From the human T2T-CHM13v2.0 reference genome, Homo sapiens: a stretch of DNA of 64,000 bases. Positions 21,887 through 36,586 of the stretch are shown piece by piece (the stretch's first letter is position 1; the number at the start of each line of letters is the position of its first letter). The stretch lies in the NCBI RefSeq assembly GCF_009914755.1, contig NC_060938.1; one strand, written 5' to 3'. The notes under the pieces are model-generated. The model saw only the letters and a list, made by a program, of their open reading frames with translations. It had not been told where the DNA came from and did not search any database. The translations under genes and the position numbers were made by a program.

Positions 21887-24109
21887 TATACTCATCTAAA
21901 ATCTTATTTCACAGTTGTGCAGCTATCCTAAATAGACACATAGGTATACTAGGTACAGCTTTTATTCCCAAAATATAATTGGGAGAAACTCAATTGAACC
22001 CAAGAGCATGTAGAAATACAAATTTCACTTGGATTCTAAGATTCCGTAATTGGTTATTTATCCCTACTGGGTCAGGGATTTGCCGATGTCCATATTTGCC
22101 CATTGGTAAATTTACAGAATGAAGAATCCTTTGCTTGTTTCAGTGTAACTTTGTCTGATGGAGAAATCATAAACATTGTCCATAGATTAACTTTATTCTT
22201 GATCATTTACATTTAAGGAGAAAAAACTTTCCATAACAATATTGAATATAATTACAGCTGAAGCATATCTTCTTTCTTCCTTCAGTGTTATACATTCTTG
22301 AACAACTCAACAGAGGCACTTTTCACTTCTTAACCTAAATATAATGAAAAAAAAAAAAAGCTATACTATTGTAGACTACTTTAGCAGGTCTTTCTATAGG
22401 AAGACTGACCAAAAGTGACAAAAAAAAAGATTCTACAAATTCCATGTAAATGATATTTTGGAACCTACTAAACTAATTTTAATTTTTTTAGTTGCTTTGG
22501 CATTTATACAATACAAACTAATAGTTCTTGGAACGTCATCATCTTTTTAGTTTTTCGTTTGCCTCATACAACAGTATACTGTGTATATGTAAAAGCATAT
22601 GTTATATCTCTTTCTGTTACCATGTGCCATATAACAAGCTATATAATGGTAAAAATAACATAAAACATTTTTAGTATCTTGAAAAATCTTTCTTAAGTTA
22701 AACTAATCTGCCTTCTTAGCTAAGTTATGTGTATTTCACATAACGTCCAAGAAGTTCTCTAGTACCGACTCTCAGAGGGCCTAAATCTTTCCCAGAATGA
22801 TGGGAGTAGCACAGTTCAAGAACAAGAATGAATCTCTGTATAATCACACCACAATGTGAGGTGACCCTAAGACAGAGAACTGATCAGATACACATATGGG
22901 TTTTAGGAAGACTTTCTGATGCTCTTTTTTAACACAGCTGTGAGAAGAATGTGGCTAAGACCCAGTAGTCATTCTTGAGTAGAGCTGGTAAAGGAAACCA
23001 TGAGGAGAAGAGAATTTAACACATGGGTGTAAGAGAGTCCGGCTTCATTGATGCGATCTGAGGGGAATGCCTAATGACTGGAAGAATCAAACTTGGCAAT
23101 GAAAACACAAAGCTCTTTTCATCAATTCAAACGCAGACTCTAAAGCTGCAGATGGTCACCTCCAGCCTTGTCTATTCAGTGTGGGGTTTTATAAAATGGC
23201 ACTTTGGTGAATACTAATAGATCAAAACAAAGATTTAATAACGTAAAGATGTGGTGTTCATTTTTAAATGAGTATACAGGTCAGTGTCTCAGAAAAGGAT
23301 GAAAAGAGTACCTTTTATATGTGGGTCTAAAGTCTTTTTGTTTTTTCAACCTCAAAAATAAATGGCATCTTTAACATACAGATTGTGTTTTATGGAGTAC
23401 AGTTTACATTATGAAATAGAGGCCAAAATTAGAGTTTATATTTATGCTCAATAATTTCATTTCTTCTGATTTGAGGACTCTCAGTTTATATTTGTCAATG
23501 TCATTCTTTAATATTTTATTGAAGTATACTTCATAGGATAAATATATGTTGCCATTCTCAAGGATGAATCAATCTAATTAAAATTTAGTTCAAATGTTTT
23601 ATTCTCAGAATAGAACTTTTTCTCTCACCTTTTCACAGAATGCAAGGAGACGTTGTTTAGTACAAAGGAAGACTTTGAACTTTAATTCAGTCCTGAAATT
23701 ACATTTTGGCTACTTTTTACTTTATTTGCTATGACTTTAGAAATGTACAGCAATTGCTTATGTATTAAAAGATAATTCATTGTGTTTAATCTGTTACTTA
23801 TTTTACATTACTAAGTCTTTCTTTAAATTGAAATATGCTGTATTTTTTTAGAATAAACTATATTATACTTGGTTAGCACTTTGTAGTTCATAAAATATTT
23901 AAGCTGAACCAAACAAATGAAGCTTTATTATCCAAAATAAACTTAAAATACAAGCTCAAATAACTCAATAATAGCGTTCTTGTTTCTGCCATTTATGAGG
24001 TAAATATAATGATTAGGTCTGCATTCCTAATACTTTTATCTAGAAAGTTACACTAACATATAGAAATTAAGACACTAAAATTCAAAGTTAAAGGGGAGGC
24101 AACTTAGTA

Positions 24110-24310
24110 TCGAGTAAAAATATTAGTGAACTAACAGGACCCTCAACTGTCAGTAACTAGGTATGTACAGATCATTAAATTTGCTCTCAGTGTTCTCATC
24201 TGGAAGATATACTTGCTCTAATCTAGTTCAAAACATGGCTATAAGGATCAAATGAAATGCGTGTGCCTAAAAGTGCTTTGAAAAGTATAATGTGCTCTGT
24301 AAACATAAGT
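24110..24310 (+). mobile_element. MIR fragment
   Basis: ctctcagtgttctcatctggaagat...ataaggatcaaatgaaat...aaagtgctttgaaaagtataa. Confidence 0.55.
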
Positions 24311-24479
24311 GGTTTAATACCTTCAACTTATATATTTTTAATTAAAACATTATGATCACCTGTTTGGAAACAGAAAGGGAGAAAAATTATATTGTAGCCT
24401 CAGAAACTATATAAGAACCATGTAACTTTTGAAAGGGATTCTTCACATAGGTCTTGAAACTGGAAGTAAAGAGGGTTCT

Positions 24480-26200
24480 GTGCATTCTCATACATTACTG
24501 GTGAGAACGTGAAATGGTAAAACCTCTATGGAGGAGAATTTGGCAATGTCTAACAATAGTACATATGCATTTGCCCTTTGACTAAGGGAGAATCACTTCT
24601 AGGACTCTATCCTGAATATAAACCTCCATGCGTATGAAGCAACATAAGAATTACAGTATTGTTTTTAATAGCAAATAAAAATAACCCAAACAGGAGAGTA
24701 GTTAAATGATGGTACGTGCACATAGTGTAATACAATGCAACTGTAAAAAAGAATAAGGACGATATCTATAAACTGATATTGAGTGATTTCCAGGACAGAT
24801 TGCTAACTGAAAAAAATCAAGTGCTTCTCATATACTGCCTTTTGTGTGAGAAATAAGAATAAAAGGAACAGGAAAGATCAGCCAGAAACTAAAATGATTA
24901 CCTTTGGAAGTATATGGGAAAGAGATACAGGCAAGGATGGGAGTGCAACTTTTCTGAGTATGCCCTTTTGTATAGTTTTGACTTTTGAGCCATGTAAATC
25001 TTTTACATATTTAGAAATTGAAATCAAATTAAAAAGATAAAAAGAAAGCCTTAAAAGTGACTATAAATAGAAATAAACATACCTAACTGTATAGCAAATT
25101 GATAAGATACAGAAAAGTATCTTTTGATCATCATACTTTGACTATACATCCTTAGTGGCATATATTCTAAGAACAGAAATACATGCAAAGAAATTTTAAA
25201 GTTTACTAACTATGTTAACAGTTATTAGCCCTACTGGTATTAATATTTTGAAATGATTTTATGTATATTGTTGGATTGAGCAAATAAAGAAATAAATGTT
25301 ATTAGGAACCAAGATTTCCACCATAAAATAAATGGAATTAGGAAATAGAAACTGTAATGTTAAATTTGAATTAGAAATATCAAAGTAAATCTCATGATTT
25401 TATTTTATTAATTTTTTTGAGACAGAGTCTTACTCTGGAGTGCAGTGGCGGGATCTCGGCTCACCGCAACTTCCGCCTCCCGGGTTCAAGTGATTCTTCT
25501 GCCTCAGCTTTCTGAGTAGCTGGGATAACAGGCACACATCAACACACCCAGTTCATTTTTGTATTTTTAGTAGAGATGGGTTTTTGCTGTGTTGGCCAGG
25601 CTGGTCTTGAACTCCTGGCTTCAAGTGTTCCGTTTACCTTGGCCTCCGAAAATGCTGGGATTATAGGCATGAGCCACCGCAACTGGCGTGATTTTAAATA
25701 TATACATATTTTTCTTAGCTCTATCCTCTGAAAAGGGCTTAAAAGCAACACACACATCTAGCATCCAGATTTTAGTTTCTAAGTACCATTTCCCATTAAA
25801 AAGTACCAAGCTTCTAGGTCTGGGTCAGGGAAAATACAGAGTAATCTGGGATGTCTTCTTGTGCCAAGAAACAAGCAAATGCTCACAGATTTAATGGGGG
25901 TTATATAGAAAGGACACATAAACCATCGTGAAAAGGTTCCCACTGACCAAATTTGGGATGTCTTGTGAATCAAAAAATAAACTCTATTTGATTACAAAAT
26001 ATTGAAATTTTACATCTTAGAGTCTACAAACGTACTCAAAAACAAGAGATGAAGGATAAAGCGGAAACAGCCTTTTGTACAGAATAATGTCAGTTAATAA
26101 ATGTAGAGAGAATGATACAATTAGAAAATCAGTACCTTGTAACTTGCAGTATAATTAATTCAAGCAAAGACCATGAATCAGCTATAAAATTAGTTAAAAG
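24480..26200 (+). mobile_element. Old L1M (MC/ME-like) 3' fragments, interrupted by an Alu
   Basis: ctggtgagaacgtgaaatggtaaaacctctatggagg..aatttggcaat; aagtaccatttcccattaaaa; aataatgtcagttaataaatgtaga. Confidence 0.65.
25412..25687 (-). mobile_element. AluS with a small internal deletion
   Basis: Dimeric Alu; short flanking repeat tgatttta. Confidence 0.88.
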
Positions 26201-26499
26201 AAGCAACCTTGGTACTAGAATCAATCAGTCTAAATAGTTTGAGAGAGCTTACTTAGTATAACCAAGGGGTTTAGAGCTTAGAAATCAGGGTGGGTTTAGA
26301 CATAGGGATTTAGGATAGCAACTGCCTTAGAACAATAATTTAGGGATTTATTATTAAAATTTACTTTGGGCATTTTTCTCACTCATGTATTCTGTGCTTA
26401 TGTAAGTGATGGCAGATAGACCTAAACCACTCAACCCTTTATCAGAATTCATCTTTTAAAGAAACTACGAGGTAAAGAAGTTTTGCTTTAGAGACTGTC

Positions 26500-26686
26500 A
26501 GTGTTAGACTAGGTACTGATCCTTTCCTTATTTAAAATTTTGATATTTTTCTCATGAAGTTTTTGTTTTGTGATTTTAAAACTATTTTTATTAACATATT
26601 ACTCATCTTGATTACTTTTTTTTACATCCTTTTAAATTTTAACCTGAGATGAGTGCCTCATTCACCTCACTCTAGTTCTAGCCTTG
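26500..26686 (-). mobile_element. MER96B-like hAT DNA transposon relic
   Basis: Ends gagtgcctcattcacctcactctagttctagccttg, resembling the reverse complement of the MER96 terminal sequence. Confidence 0.5.
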
Positions 26687-27974
26687 AATACCCTATAAAA
26701 GATGAAAAAGACACTGTTACAGGGGAAAAAAAAGACTGTTACAGGGGAACAAAAGACACTCCTAGTTTAGTCTCTTTAAAAATAGTAATAATGATAATGT
26801 TAACTTGCTAAGTTATCCTGACTTGTATGATTTCTATTGAATGGTATTTTATGTTTAGAAATGATAGTGATATCATAGACTTGAACAATTGTGGTTCTTC
26901 CACCTTGCGGAATTTGGCCAGGTTTTTAATTATATGGTGTCCATAAACCTTACCACTGTCCAAATTTTTATATCTCAATTCATGTTTGGAACCTTCACCA
27001 CTTTTATCAACTGTTACTTTATCTTTATTTCAATCATCTTTTATACTCTATGTAGATCAATCATCATATCTATCAACAGGGGCCTGATTGCCTTCTAGAC
27101 CTTAAATGTTGATCTAAATACGAGAATATATGGTTTTTATGAATCATGGTTAAATCAGGTAGGGAAAATGACTGTGATGATGCCAGCTTAATAAGTTGAA
27201 TATTACTTTTACTTTGTAGGCCCATGGCTTAGTCTAAAATTTGAAGTTGCATTGATATATTATCTCTACTAGTCTCCCAAAGGATGTTGCCTGTCTTTTG
27301 AATTAAACTTGAGTAAGGTTGATTTGTATTCCCTGTTAATCAAAATTTGAAATGTTGACATTAGAAAATTTCATTCAGTGCTAATTATATATGACTTTTA
27401 TGAAAGTTAGGAAGGAACGAATCCTACATTTTAAAGTTTAGTATCTGCCTAAAGCCCTATGAAAACAACAGTGAGTAGCTTAATAAGCCATCTTAATAAG
27501 ATACCTTAATAAAACTAACCAGTTATTCTAGCTTGCTGCATTTCATTGGCAGTATAAAAATCAGTGACTCACTTCCTCCATCATTAATTGAAACTTTTCT
27601 GGGTTTAAAATGATCAAAACCCTTAGCAATGTTAAAGCAACATTTCTGAACCTTTCTTGCCTCTTGAATCTCTTCAATGTATATTCTCTAGGTAGTGTTT
27701 TAAACATATTTTTTTGCATTGGTATAAGATAAAGAAGTTAATTTACATTGATTGTTTTATAACTTTTATTTAAAACAATCTTTAATACTTATAATATGTA
27801 ACATCACATGATGTTTGACTTCAGCTATATAAGAAAAATCACAATTTGTTAAATTTTATAATGAAATATTAAGTTGGGTTTAGGGACTGAATATAAAAAA
27901 GAAAGTAGATTAAAATTTAATAACATATTATGACATTAAATAACTGCTTGTGAGATGATATTTGGAATTCTTAA

Positions 27975-28316
<342 letters not shown>

Positions 28317-28852
28317 TAGAGCCTCTGTTTTCTAGAATATTTTCACAAATAGCACATTGTGGGTGTTTTGGCCTTTATGCCAGTATATGAAAAACTAAAT
28401 TGAGTATTATTATTCTAATTTGTTCTCTCTTTAACTTCATTTTTTAAGAAGCAGCTACATAATAGGTAATGTGAGTAGTGTGATCAAATGAACACAATTT
28501 ATAGATCTCGTGAAGAGAATCCTGAGGTGAATTTACAGATTTATTTTTATGCTCCTCATTAATTTGTATTTCAACATCCATATACTTTCTGCTTGCTTTA
28601 CTTCTTCAATGGCTATTAGCGATGGAAATTAAACAAGTTACAACTACCAAAGAAAAAAATTACGCTCTAAAACAACATGTTGGCCAGTTCTCTTCAGCTG
28701 AATGATAAACAACTCAGTCAGCTGATTGAGTCATGAACTATTCTGCGGATCTCTTCCAGTACTCCACTTTGCTCATTTGTGGGCTCTCAGAAGTCCTCAA
28801 ACTATTCCATTTTAAAAAGCAAAAAAAGTTTAATAAAAATGTTATTCTTAGT

Positions 28853-28950
28853 TGCTTGAACCCAGAAGGCAGAGGTTGCAGTGAGCCGAGATCATGCCAC
28901 TGCATTCCAGCCTGGGTGACAGACCAAGACTTTATCTAAAGAAAAAAAAA
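28853..28950 (+). mobile_element. Alu 3' fragment
   Basis: Right-arm end plus A tail, followed by (TA)n. Confidence 0.85.
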
Positions 28951-30689
28951 TATATATATATGTATATATATATTTTTTTTTCTTTGGCTTCAAAAATAAA
29001 ACAGAGCAGAGAACATTACCACCTTTGGCTACATGATCTTTACATTTTTAAATTACAAAATTTTTACATGATGCTTTAGAGAATTTCATTGTGTAGTTTT
29101 TGCTCAACCCTTTTACTCTCATCAATTTAACACATTTTATTGTTTAAAAGTATTTATTTTGAAATACTAAAAAACATTTTTAAATACTTTTATTATTTAT
29201 TAACAAAACACACCCCACAAATACATGCAAAAGTCAAATTATCTGAGTTAGCTAAATTCAGATACAGTATTGAAAGGACTTGTTTGCTAGAAAAAGTATG
29301 TGTTACATCATATTAATGTTAAGTGTTACTTTACGCATCTTCAAATAAGAAAACGTTTTCCCAAAAAGGAAATTTAATAGTTTGTTATAGAATAGTTTAC
29401 CATATAACATAAAATACTAAGTAAATATTTTTCCCATCGTGGACAAAGTGTACAACTTAAAAACCTAATTTGTTTGTGTTAGTGGACTTACTAAATATTA
29501 GTCTTTGCTAGTCTAGTTTACACCATATATCGTTCTCTTATGCCAACCTTCTGATTTTGCTCTGAAGTATGCTGCAACTTACTATTGTATGATACTAGCC
29601 TCAGAGCTATCTTTTCCAGTTTACTGAGAATGCTTATTATACTCTGTAACCAATAAATCAATAAATCCTCATTGTAATGTGTAAACTCCCATCTCTGTGA
29701 AGTAGTTAAAAGCAAACTGTGAATGAACACATGAATCCAAAAAAAGTATGTTGTGATTATATTGACTCTGAAAACGTTTGAATTTCATAGAATACATCAT
29801 TTATCGTGTAGTATAAATTGTTTGTACTATTGCTCATAATTTTTTGAATAATGAATCCAGTGAATAGTAAAATAATAAAAATGTTTGCATCCTAGGAATA
29901 CATTTCAAGTAGTTATTCTGGAGAGCTACATGTTAGTGGGAAATTAATAGATATGAATCCTATTTTCTTACTTAGGGAGTGAAACTGGAACCCATTAATA
30001 CAATTTTTATCCTTAGTAATTGAATTTAATATTGGTTTCATACATTTTCTATATCATGAAAATAAAAATAAAGAACTTTAAAATATCATTTAAGTAACAA
30101 TTTAAACACAATAAACTCTACTCTAAGTAAATGTCTTTAGAAAGGAATCAGATCAGTGCATCAAAGATTTATGTTAACAGTCATGTCACCTTGCTTATGG
30201 CTTAATGAACAAGTTTCATTACTCATTAGAATTTGGGCCAAGTTCTAAGTATAATAGCTAGCCCATCTGTCTGCCTAATTATTTAATGAGTCCATACTTC
30301 TATGATAAAACTTAGCTTTGATACTGTTTTGTGATGGATTTTGTCCGTTTAAAAATAGCCCCTTTTGACTACTGGAAGTGGTTGTTTGTATTTTTTAAAT
30401 GGTGATCTAGGTGTCCTAATTAGTTATCGTAAAGTGAAAATTTAAACACAAATCATTACAGATATCCCAGGAAGTAAATAGATGAGTTATAATAGCTAAG
30501 CCAAATATAAATATTAGAGTTTTTTTTTTCCAGATCTCAAATACAAATCTATTTCATTCCAAATAAAAAAGATGAAAGAGAAAAATTCCTAATGGATAAA
30601 AGAAGAAAGATTGTTGCACATTCAAAACAGGTCATGATTTAAATATTTTTCTGTCATAATTATAATAGTTAGATGTTGATCAATTGTAT

Positions 30690-31600
30690 TCATGTCCTAA
30701 TTCAACAGATTTTTTAAAAACATCTTCTGTGTGTTCCAGGCACTGTGTTAGGCACTGATGAACAAACTCAAACTGTATCTTGACCTCACTGTACCTTGAC
30801 CTCGTAAATCTTTCAGGAGAGACATATTAAAATATTCATACACAGAAGTGTGTAATTATAACTTAGTTTAATATGATGAGGAAAAATTCCTAGGAATGCT
30901 AGGAAAGTATAACAGGCAGATTAAGATTTGTGGTAAGGGAAGAGGTGTTTCTCTGAGACCAGAAGTATAAATAGGAATTAGCCAGGAGAAAAAGCCTTCT
31001 GTATGGAAGCCAAAGCAAATAACTTGGCTTGTTGGAGAAACTGAAGGAAGATTTTTGCAGCAAAATAATGGTGCTTGGAGCAAAAAAGGAGGATGGAGTA
31101 GTATGCAGAGTCAGATCTTATAGAACCATTTAACTTTCGTTGTGGTTTTTATCTGTTATTTCCCATTTTTTGACTTTATCTTACAAGCAGTGGAAATTGT
31201 TGATGGATTTCAATCCGGGATATATTCTGATTTGCATTTTTAAAAGACTAACACTGACTGCTATGTGGAAGATAATTGGAATGAGACAAGAGTAGAAATA
31301 GACTCACTAGGAAGTAATAGAACTGATGAGAAATTGTGATAACTTGGATGTGGGGTGGGGGAGATTGAGAGAAATAGTGACATGAGATAAATTTGGACAG
31401 TAGACTTTCTGGAAAGATACAGGGTGTTGAGGAGAGTTCCCAGATAATTGTCTTGAACAGTCTGATAAATGGGAATACCATTTACTGAGATTTGGAAGAC
31501 TGGAGGAAGAACAGAGTGAAATGGAACGACATCTTTAGCAGGTTGAATTTCAGTAGTATGTAAATTTCAGTAGTATATAAAATATCCAGGTGGATGTTCT
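30690..31600 (-). mobile_element. L2 fragment
   Basis: ttcaacag..tgtgttccaggcactgtgttaggcactg (reverse complement of L2 3' end), then purine-rich L2 body. Confidence 0.7.
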
Positions 31601-31614
31601 TCTTGACATCTTAA

Positions 31615-31927
31615 TTTTTTTTTCTTTTTTTTTTTTTTTTTTTTTGAGATGGAGTCTCATTCTGTCACCCAGGCTGGAGTGCAGTGGCGCAATCTCAGCT
31701 CACTGCAACCTCTGGCTCCCAGGTTCAAGCAATTCTCTGCCTCAGCCTCCCGAGTAGCTGGGATTACAGGCACCAACCACCACACCTGGCTAATTTTTTT
31801 TGTATTTTTAGTAGAGACGGGGTTTCACCATCTTGGCCAGCCTGGTCTTGAACTCCCGACCTCGTGATCCACCTGCCTCAGCCTCCCAAAGTGCTGGGAT
31901 TACAAGCATGAACCACCGCACCCGGCC
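31615..31927 (-). mobile_element. AluS (Sg/Sc-like)
   Basis: Full dimer; gacctcgtgatcc variant. Confidence 0.9.
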
Positions 31928-32199
31928 TGAAGCTTATTTTAAAAAGACAAAGGAAGTATAATCATTAACATGAAAGACTACAAAATAAAACTGGAAATAA
32001 AATGAGCATGATTATTATCACAATAGAAATGTCAGTGAATGGACAGCTGCTAAAATATTTTGGCGAAATAAGAATAAAAGGGGTCCTTAAATAATGAAAG
32101 GATAGAAGATGAATGAGAGTAGTTCGTGTCCTACCTTGAGTTATTTGAAGGTACTTAGAGAATTATTTGAAACTTATTTCTTCTGCCTTCCAATTCAAT

Positions 32200-32420
32200 T
32201 ATTATTTTAATCAAGCATGTGCTATGCACCAAGCACTGAGGCAAGCACTGGGAATTACTGGTTAAATATAATTCAAGGCAGCAGCATCTGACATCACTGA
32301 GCATACAGTCTAGCAAGGGATACTGACCAGTAAACAGCAATCATAATAGGGGAAGTGTGTAGTACTGTGGGGACACTTAGAAAGGACATCTTTCTCCGAC
32401 TTGGGTGAATCAAGGAAGGT
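32200..32420 (-). mobile_element. L2 3' fragment
   Basis: atcaagcatgtgctatgcaccaagcactgaggcaagcactggg...aatcaaggaaggttt. Confidence 0.6.
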
Positions 32421-32613
32421 TTTATCATTGTGAAAACCATATATTCCATTAACTCTTTGGGCTATGTTGCTGTAAGTCTTGATTACTTTTTAGAGTGTAC
32501 CATAGAATATAATCAATTTTAGACCCTCCAAAAATATGATTTTAAAATATTGAATTTGCTATGGCATATGAACAATATTGTTCACCTACTAAAGGAATAA
32601 CACAGAACCTAAT

Positions 32614-32876
32614 CAGATCCATATCCCTCACTTAAAACCCTTGGGTTTATGTGTGTTTCATAATTCAGAATTTTCCAAATCTTATAAAAGGATGTTGTTC
32701 CCGGAAGCAGCCTATAATCAAACACATGAATGTTTCTGCAATGAGATATATGTGAATTGTCACCCTAAATCAGGTCAGGTTTTGCTGCAACAGGAGTGCA
32801 GCAAACTTATAAAAGTACTTTTTGTTTTTCAGAGCTTTCTGAACTTTGAAATTGTACATTAAAGGATTATGCATAT
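32614..32876 (+). mobile_element. MER46C-like TcMar-Tigger relic
   Basis: cagatccatatccctc..aaaacccttggg..gtgtttc..aattcagaatttt...caggtcaggttttgc...tttcagagcttt..gaaattg..aaggattatg, with degenerate TIRs. Confidence 0.65.
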
Positions 32877-33424
32877 AGCCTACTTGTCCGTAAGAAAAGT
32901 TGGACCTGATAAATTAACAGTAAAGATAACCAGTGAAGACTTTACATTGCTTTGTGCCCATATTAATTGTTGAAATTAAGGAGAACTCATTCAGTTAAAT
33001 TTGTTCCTCTATGGTGTGTATTGAATATTCCTCAATGATGGAGAGAATCAATGGGAAAAAGTAGAGGATACTCTTAATGGCTTCTTTATCATAGTATTTC
33101 TAAGAGAGTATGGCATATCAAACGTTGTTAAAATTATAGAGACAGAAGAATCACCAAAAATGTGATAGATAACTTAAAATATGATTTCTTAATAATTTGA
33201 CTAAATATTAGTCTCTCATAATCAAGCCTCTGTAGTCAGTGTAGTTGTATATATGCTTTTTTTTTTTTTTTGGAAATACTGAACACAACAAAACCTATCA
33301 ACTAAATGCATTTTACACAGAATGACTATTATTCCTGATAAGGAATTTGTTATGCTGTGTTTAGAATTATTGCTGTACTATACAGTGAGAAGGCACTTGG
33401 AAAGGCAAAGTGGACTTTTACTTC

Positions 33425-33740
<316 letters not shown>

Positions 33741-33769
33741 TGGTTTAATTTTTAAAATCTGCTGTTACA

Positions 33770-34330
33770 GACAGTGCTGTAAATGAGCAGCCTTCCTCAA
33801 ACATATTTTTGTGTAGTTCTTTCGATAAATCTGTAAGATAAATTCCTAGAAATGAACATTTTGAGGTTCAAAAAATGTGTGTTCTTTTAATTTTGACAAA
33901 AATTGTCAAATTGTTATTTTAAAAAGTTATGTGAACAATATTTGAGAACAACAATGTCTAAGAGAATGCTTATTTCTGTAAGCATTCACTACTATTGAGT
34001 AAGTTGTTAGCCTTCCAGTGTGAAAGGTAAAAAATTATATTGTTCTGATATGCACTTATTTTATTAGGAATAAGATTAAGCTTTTAAAAATATTTTATTA
34101 GCAGTTTATTTTTCTTTTTATGTGAACTGCCTATTCCTGACCGGTTCCCATTTTTGTGTTGGACAAAAAATTGTTTATAAATCAATTTTTATTGATTTAT
34201 AAAAACTCTGAGTAGTAAATAAATTAGCTTTTTATTATATGCACTGTAAGCAGTTTTTCCTGTTTGAAATTTTGCATGTTTTTTTTTAACAGAGAGGTTT
34301 TATTTTTCTTTTACAGTGTCAGAATTGTGT
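33770..34330 (-). mobile_element. Old L1ME fragment
   Basis: gataaattcctagaa..., ttttatgtgaactgcctattc..., degenerate L1 ORF2 3' region. Confidence 0.55.
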
Positions 34331-36586
34331 TAAATTGTGGTATTTTATGATAACAAACAGCTTGCCTTCTTTTGAGTTGCTTATTTGAGGTTATTATTAT
34401 TATCATTTATGATTACCTAGAGAAAGCATTAGAACTGTTTGTAAACTTAGCCGTTGTGTTATTTTTTTCCATTTAAAAGAGTTATTTTTATTAATTAGAA
34501 GCCCAGTAGGTAATAGTTTTTATAACTTAATACTAATTCAGATTTGTTTATCTTAGCAAATAAGCTGTCATAGTTCTTCAGTCATAAATCATCTCTTCCA
34601 ATGCAAATATCCTTCAGGGATAGAACAAACAGGATCAAAACACAGTGAGAGGTTTGAACCCTTAGATTCTAGATTGGGTTCATTTGAATGTGAGAGATTA
34701 AAGGAAAGCCTCTGAGATAGTCTTAACTGTATAAAAAACTCTGCTTCTTTTCATTCAAATATTGTAAATGCTTAATTATCAAAATTGTAGGGCCTTGACT
34801 TATGATGTTAGAAAAGAACAATAAAATAACATCTTTGTATACCACATGTCCCCTTAATTTATGTCTAGGTATGAAGAAGTAAAACTATAAAACCTGCCTA
34901 ATATATATATTTAGTATAAACTCTGTAGCAACACAGCTGCATGTAGTTTTTGAGCTTAATTCTCTGTCAGGCTCATAAGATCCTAAAACCCTTGGAGAGT
35001 TCAGCAAAAAATAAATGAGAATAGGATGAAAAAAAAAGATTGCATTTTTTAACCTTTTAAATACCCTCATGTTCACTTTAGCAGTTATATACAAGTGTTT
35101 ATCGTGATCAAAAGAAATATTAATATCTTTTTGATTGGCCAATCAGAAAATGCTTTTTTCATCCATCATACATATTTTTACAAATTACTAAAGTAATACA
35201 CATTCATTTTAGAAAAAGTTTAAAATATAGCTAGGCAACTTGACATTTTTACAAAATGTTTTCATACAATACATATAATATTATGACCTGATTGTTTCAC
35301 TTAGCATATTATGAAAAACTTCCTATGTTATTATATATAATCTTTTACATATGAAGAATAAACAATTTAAATGGCTTTAAGTCTATTCTATGATTGTACT
35401 ATAATTTAATTGTTATTTTCAAATACCACTGCAGTGAAAATACTTAAAGCTAGATATTTGCACATATCTGTGCAAATGGAATTCTTGAGTTAAAGAATAT
35501 TTAGAATTGTTAGAAAAAGTTTCTATCAGTTAGAAAAGCAATTAGGCTATTTATAGAGATATCCTTGAGGAACTGTGTATTTTTAACTCCCTTTAAGTAT
35601 ATGGAAAAGAGAGAAATATAGTACTTTTTTATAGCAGAAAGATAACATTTCATCTTGCCGTCTAATTATAAAGTGTATTATCATAATATTCTCTAAGAGT
35701 GATCTAAGTTGCAAAAGCCATAAAGATATATAGTAATAGCTAGAATTTAATTTGGATTTACTTATGGTACAAATACTGAGAAACTATTCAAAATTTCTGT
35801 ACTTTTTAAATATGCTTTTTTTATAACTTTCAAAAACACTGGTACCTAATAGAAAAGAATGATGTGAAGCTGAAAAAGGCAGTGTGTGTCCCATCAAAGA
35901 GCTTCACTGCTATAGTTTGCACAGACTGAGAGAGAAGGTTTGGACAGTAGTTAGTAACTTCCTTGAGAATAGTCAGTCATCCTCTGTCCTCAGTAAGCAT
36001 GTCAAAATAGTGGACCAGAGTTTTTGACAGATTAATGTGAGTGATTTAAATCTTCAGGTATAGAACATAGCATTCGAAGTACTATGCCTGTGGGAAGTTT
36101 TTGGCAAAAAGGTGACAAGTATGAATAACTCTTTCAACTTGCTTTTTACAGTTGGCAACACCTCTTCTTGCCATTTCATTGTAAGCATTAATAGAAAAAA
36201 TGTCTTGTTAGTCTGACTACTTACTGGATGGAATTTAAAACATTTTATCACTTTTTGGAAAGATGTAGGATTTTAGTGGAAAATGTAGACTAGTGTAAGA
36301 AAAAAGCAACAAAATTGATTTTATTTTCATCTCTGTTACCGTTATTACAAGATATAAAGACAGCTAAATCAAAAAAATTGTGTCATGTATTTAGCACTAC
36401 TGGTTGGATACATTAAAAGCATTTCATACCTCCTTTGCCCACGAGAATTTTATACTGCTGGTTTTGAGTTGTTTCCTAATACTGCTGCAGTAAACATACT
36501 TGTACCTAAATATTTGGAGAGGGTTCAAGTGCCTGCAAATAGAATTAAGTTTAAAAGTATCTGGTATCTTGTAATTTGTGTATATG

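Noticed and set aside
35456-35477. 9-bp inverted repeat atttgcaca/tgtgcaaat
   Set aside because: Short, within decayed L1M-like sequence, and compatible with chance.
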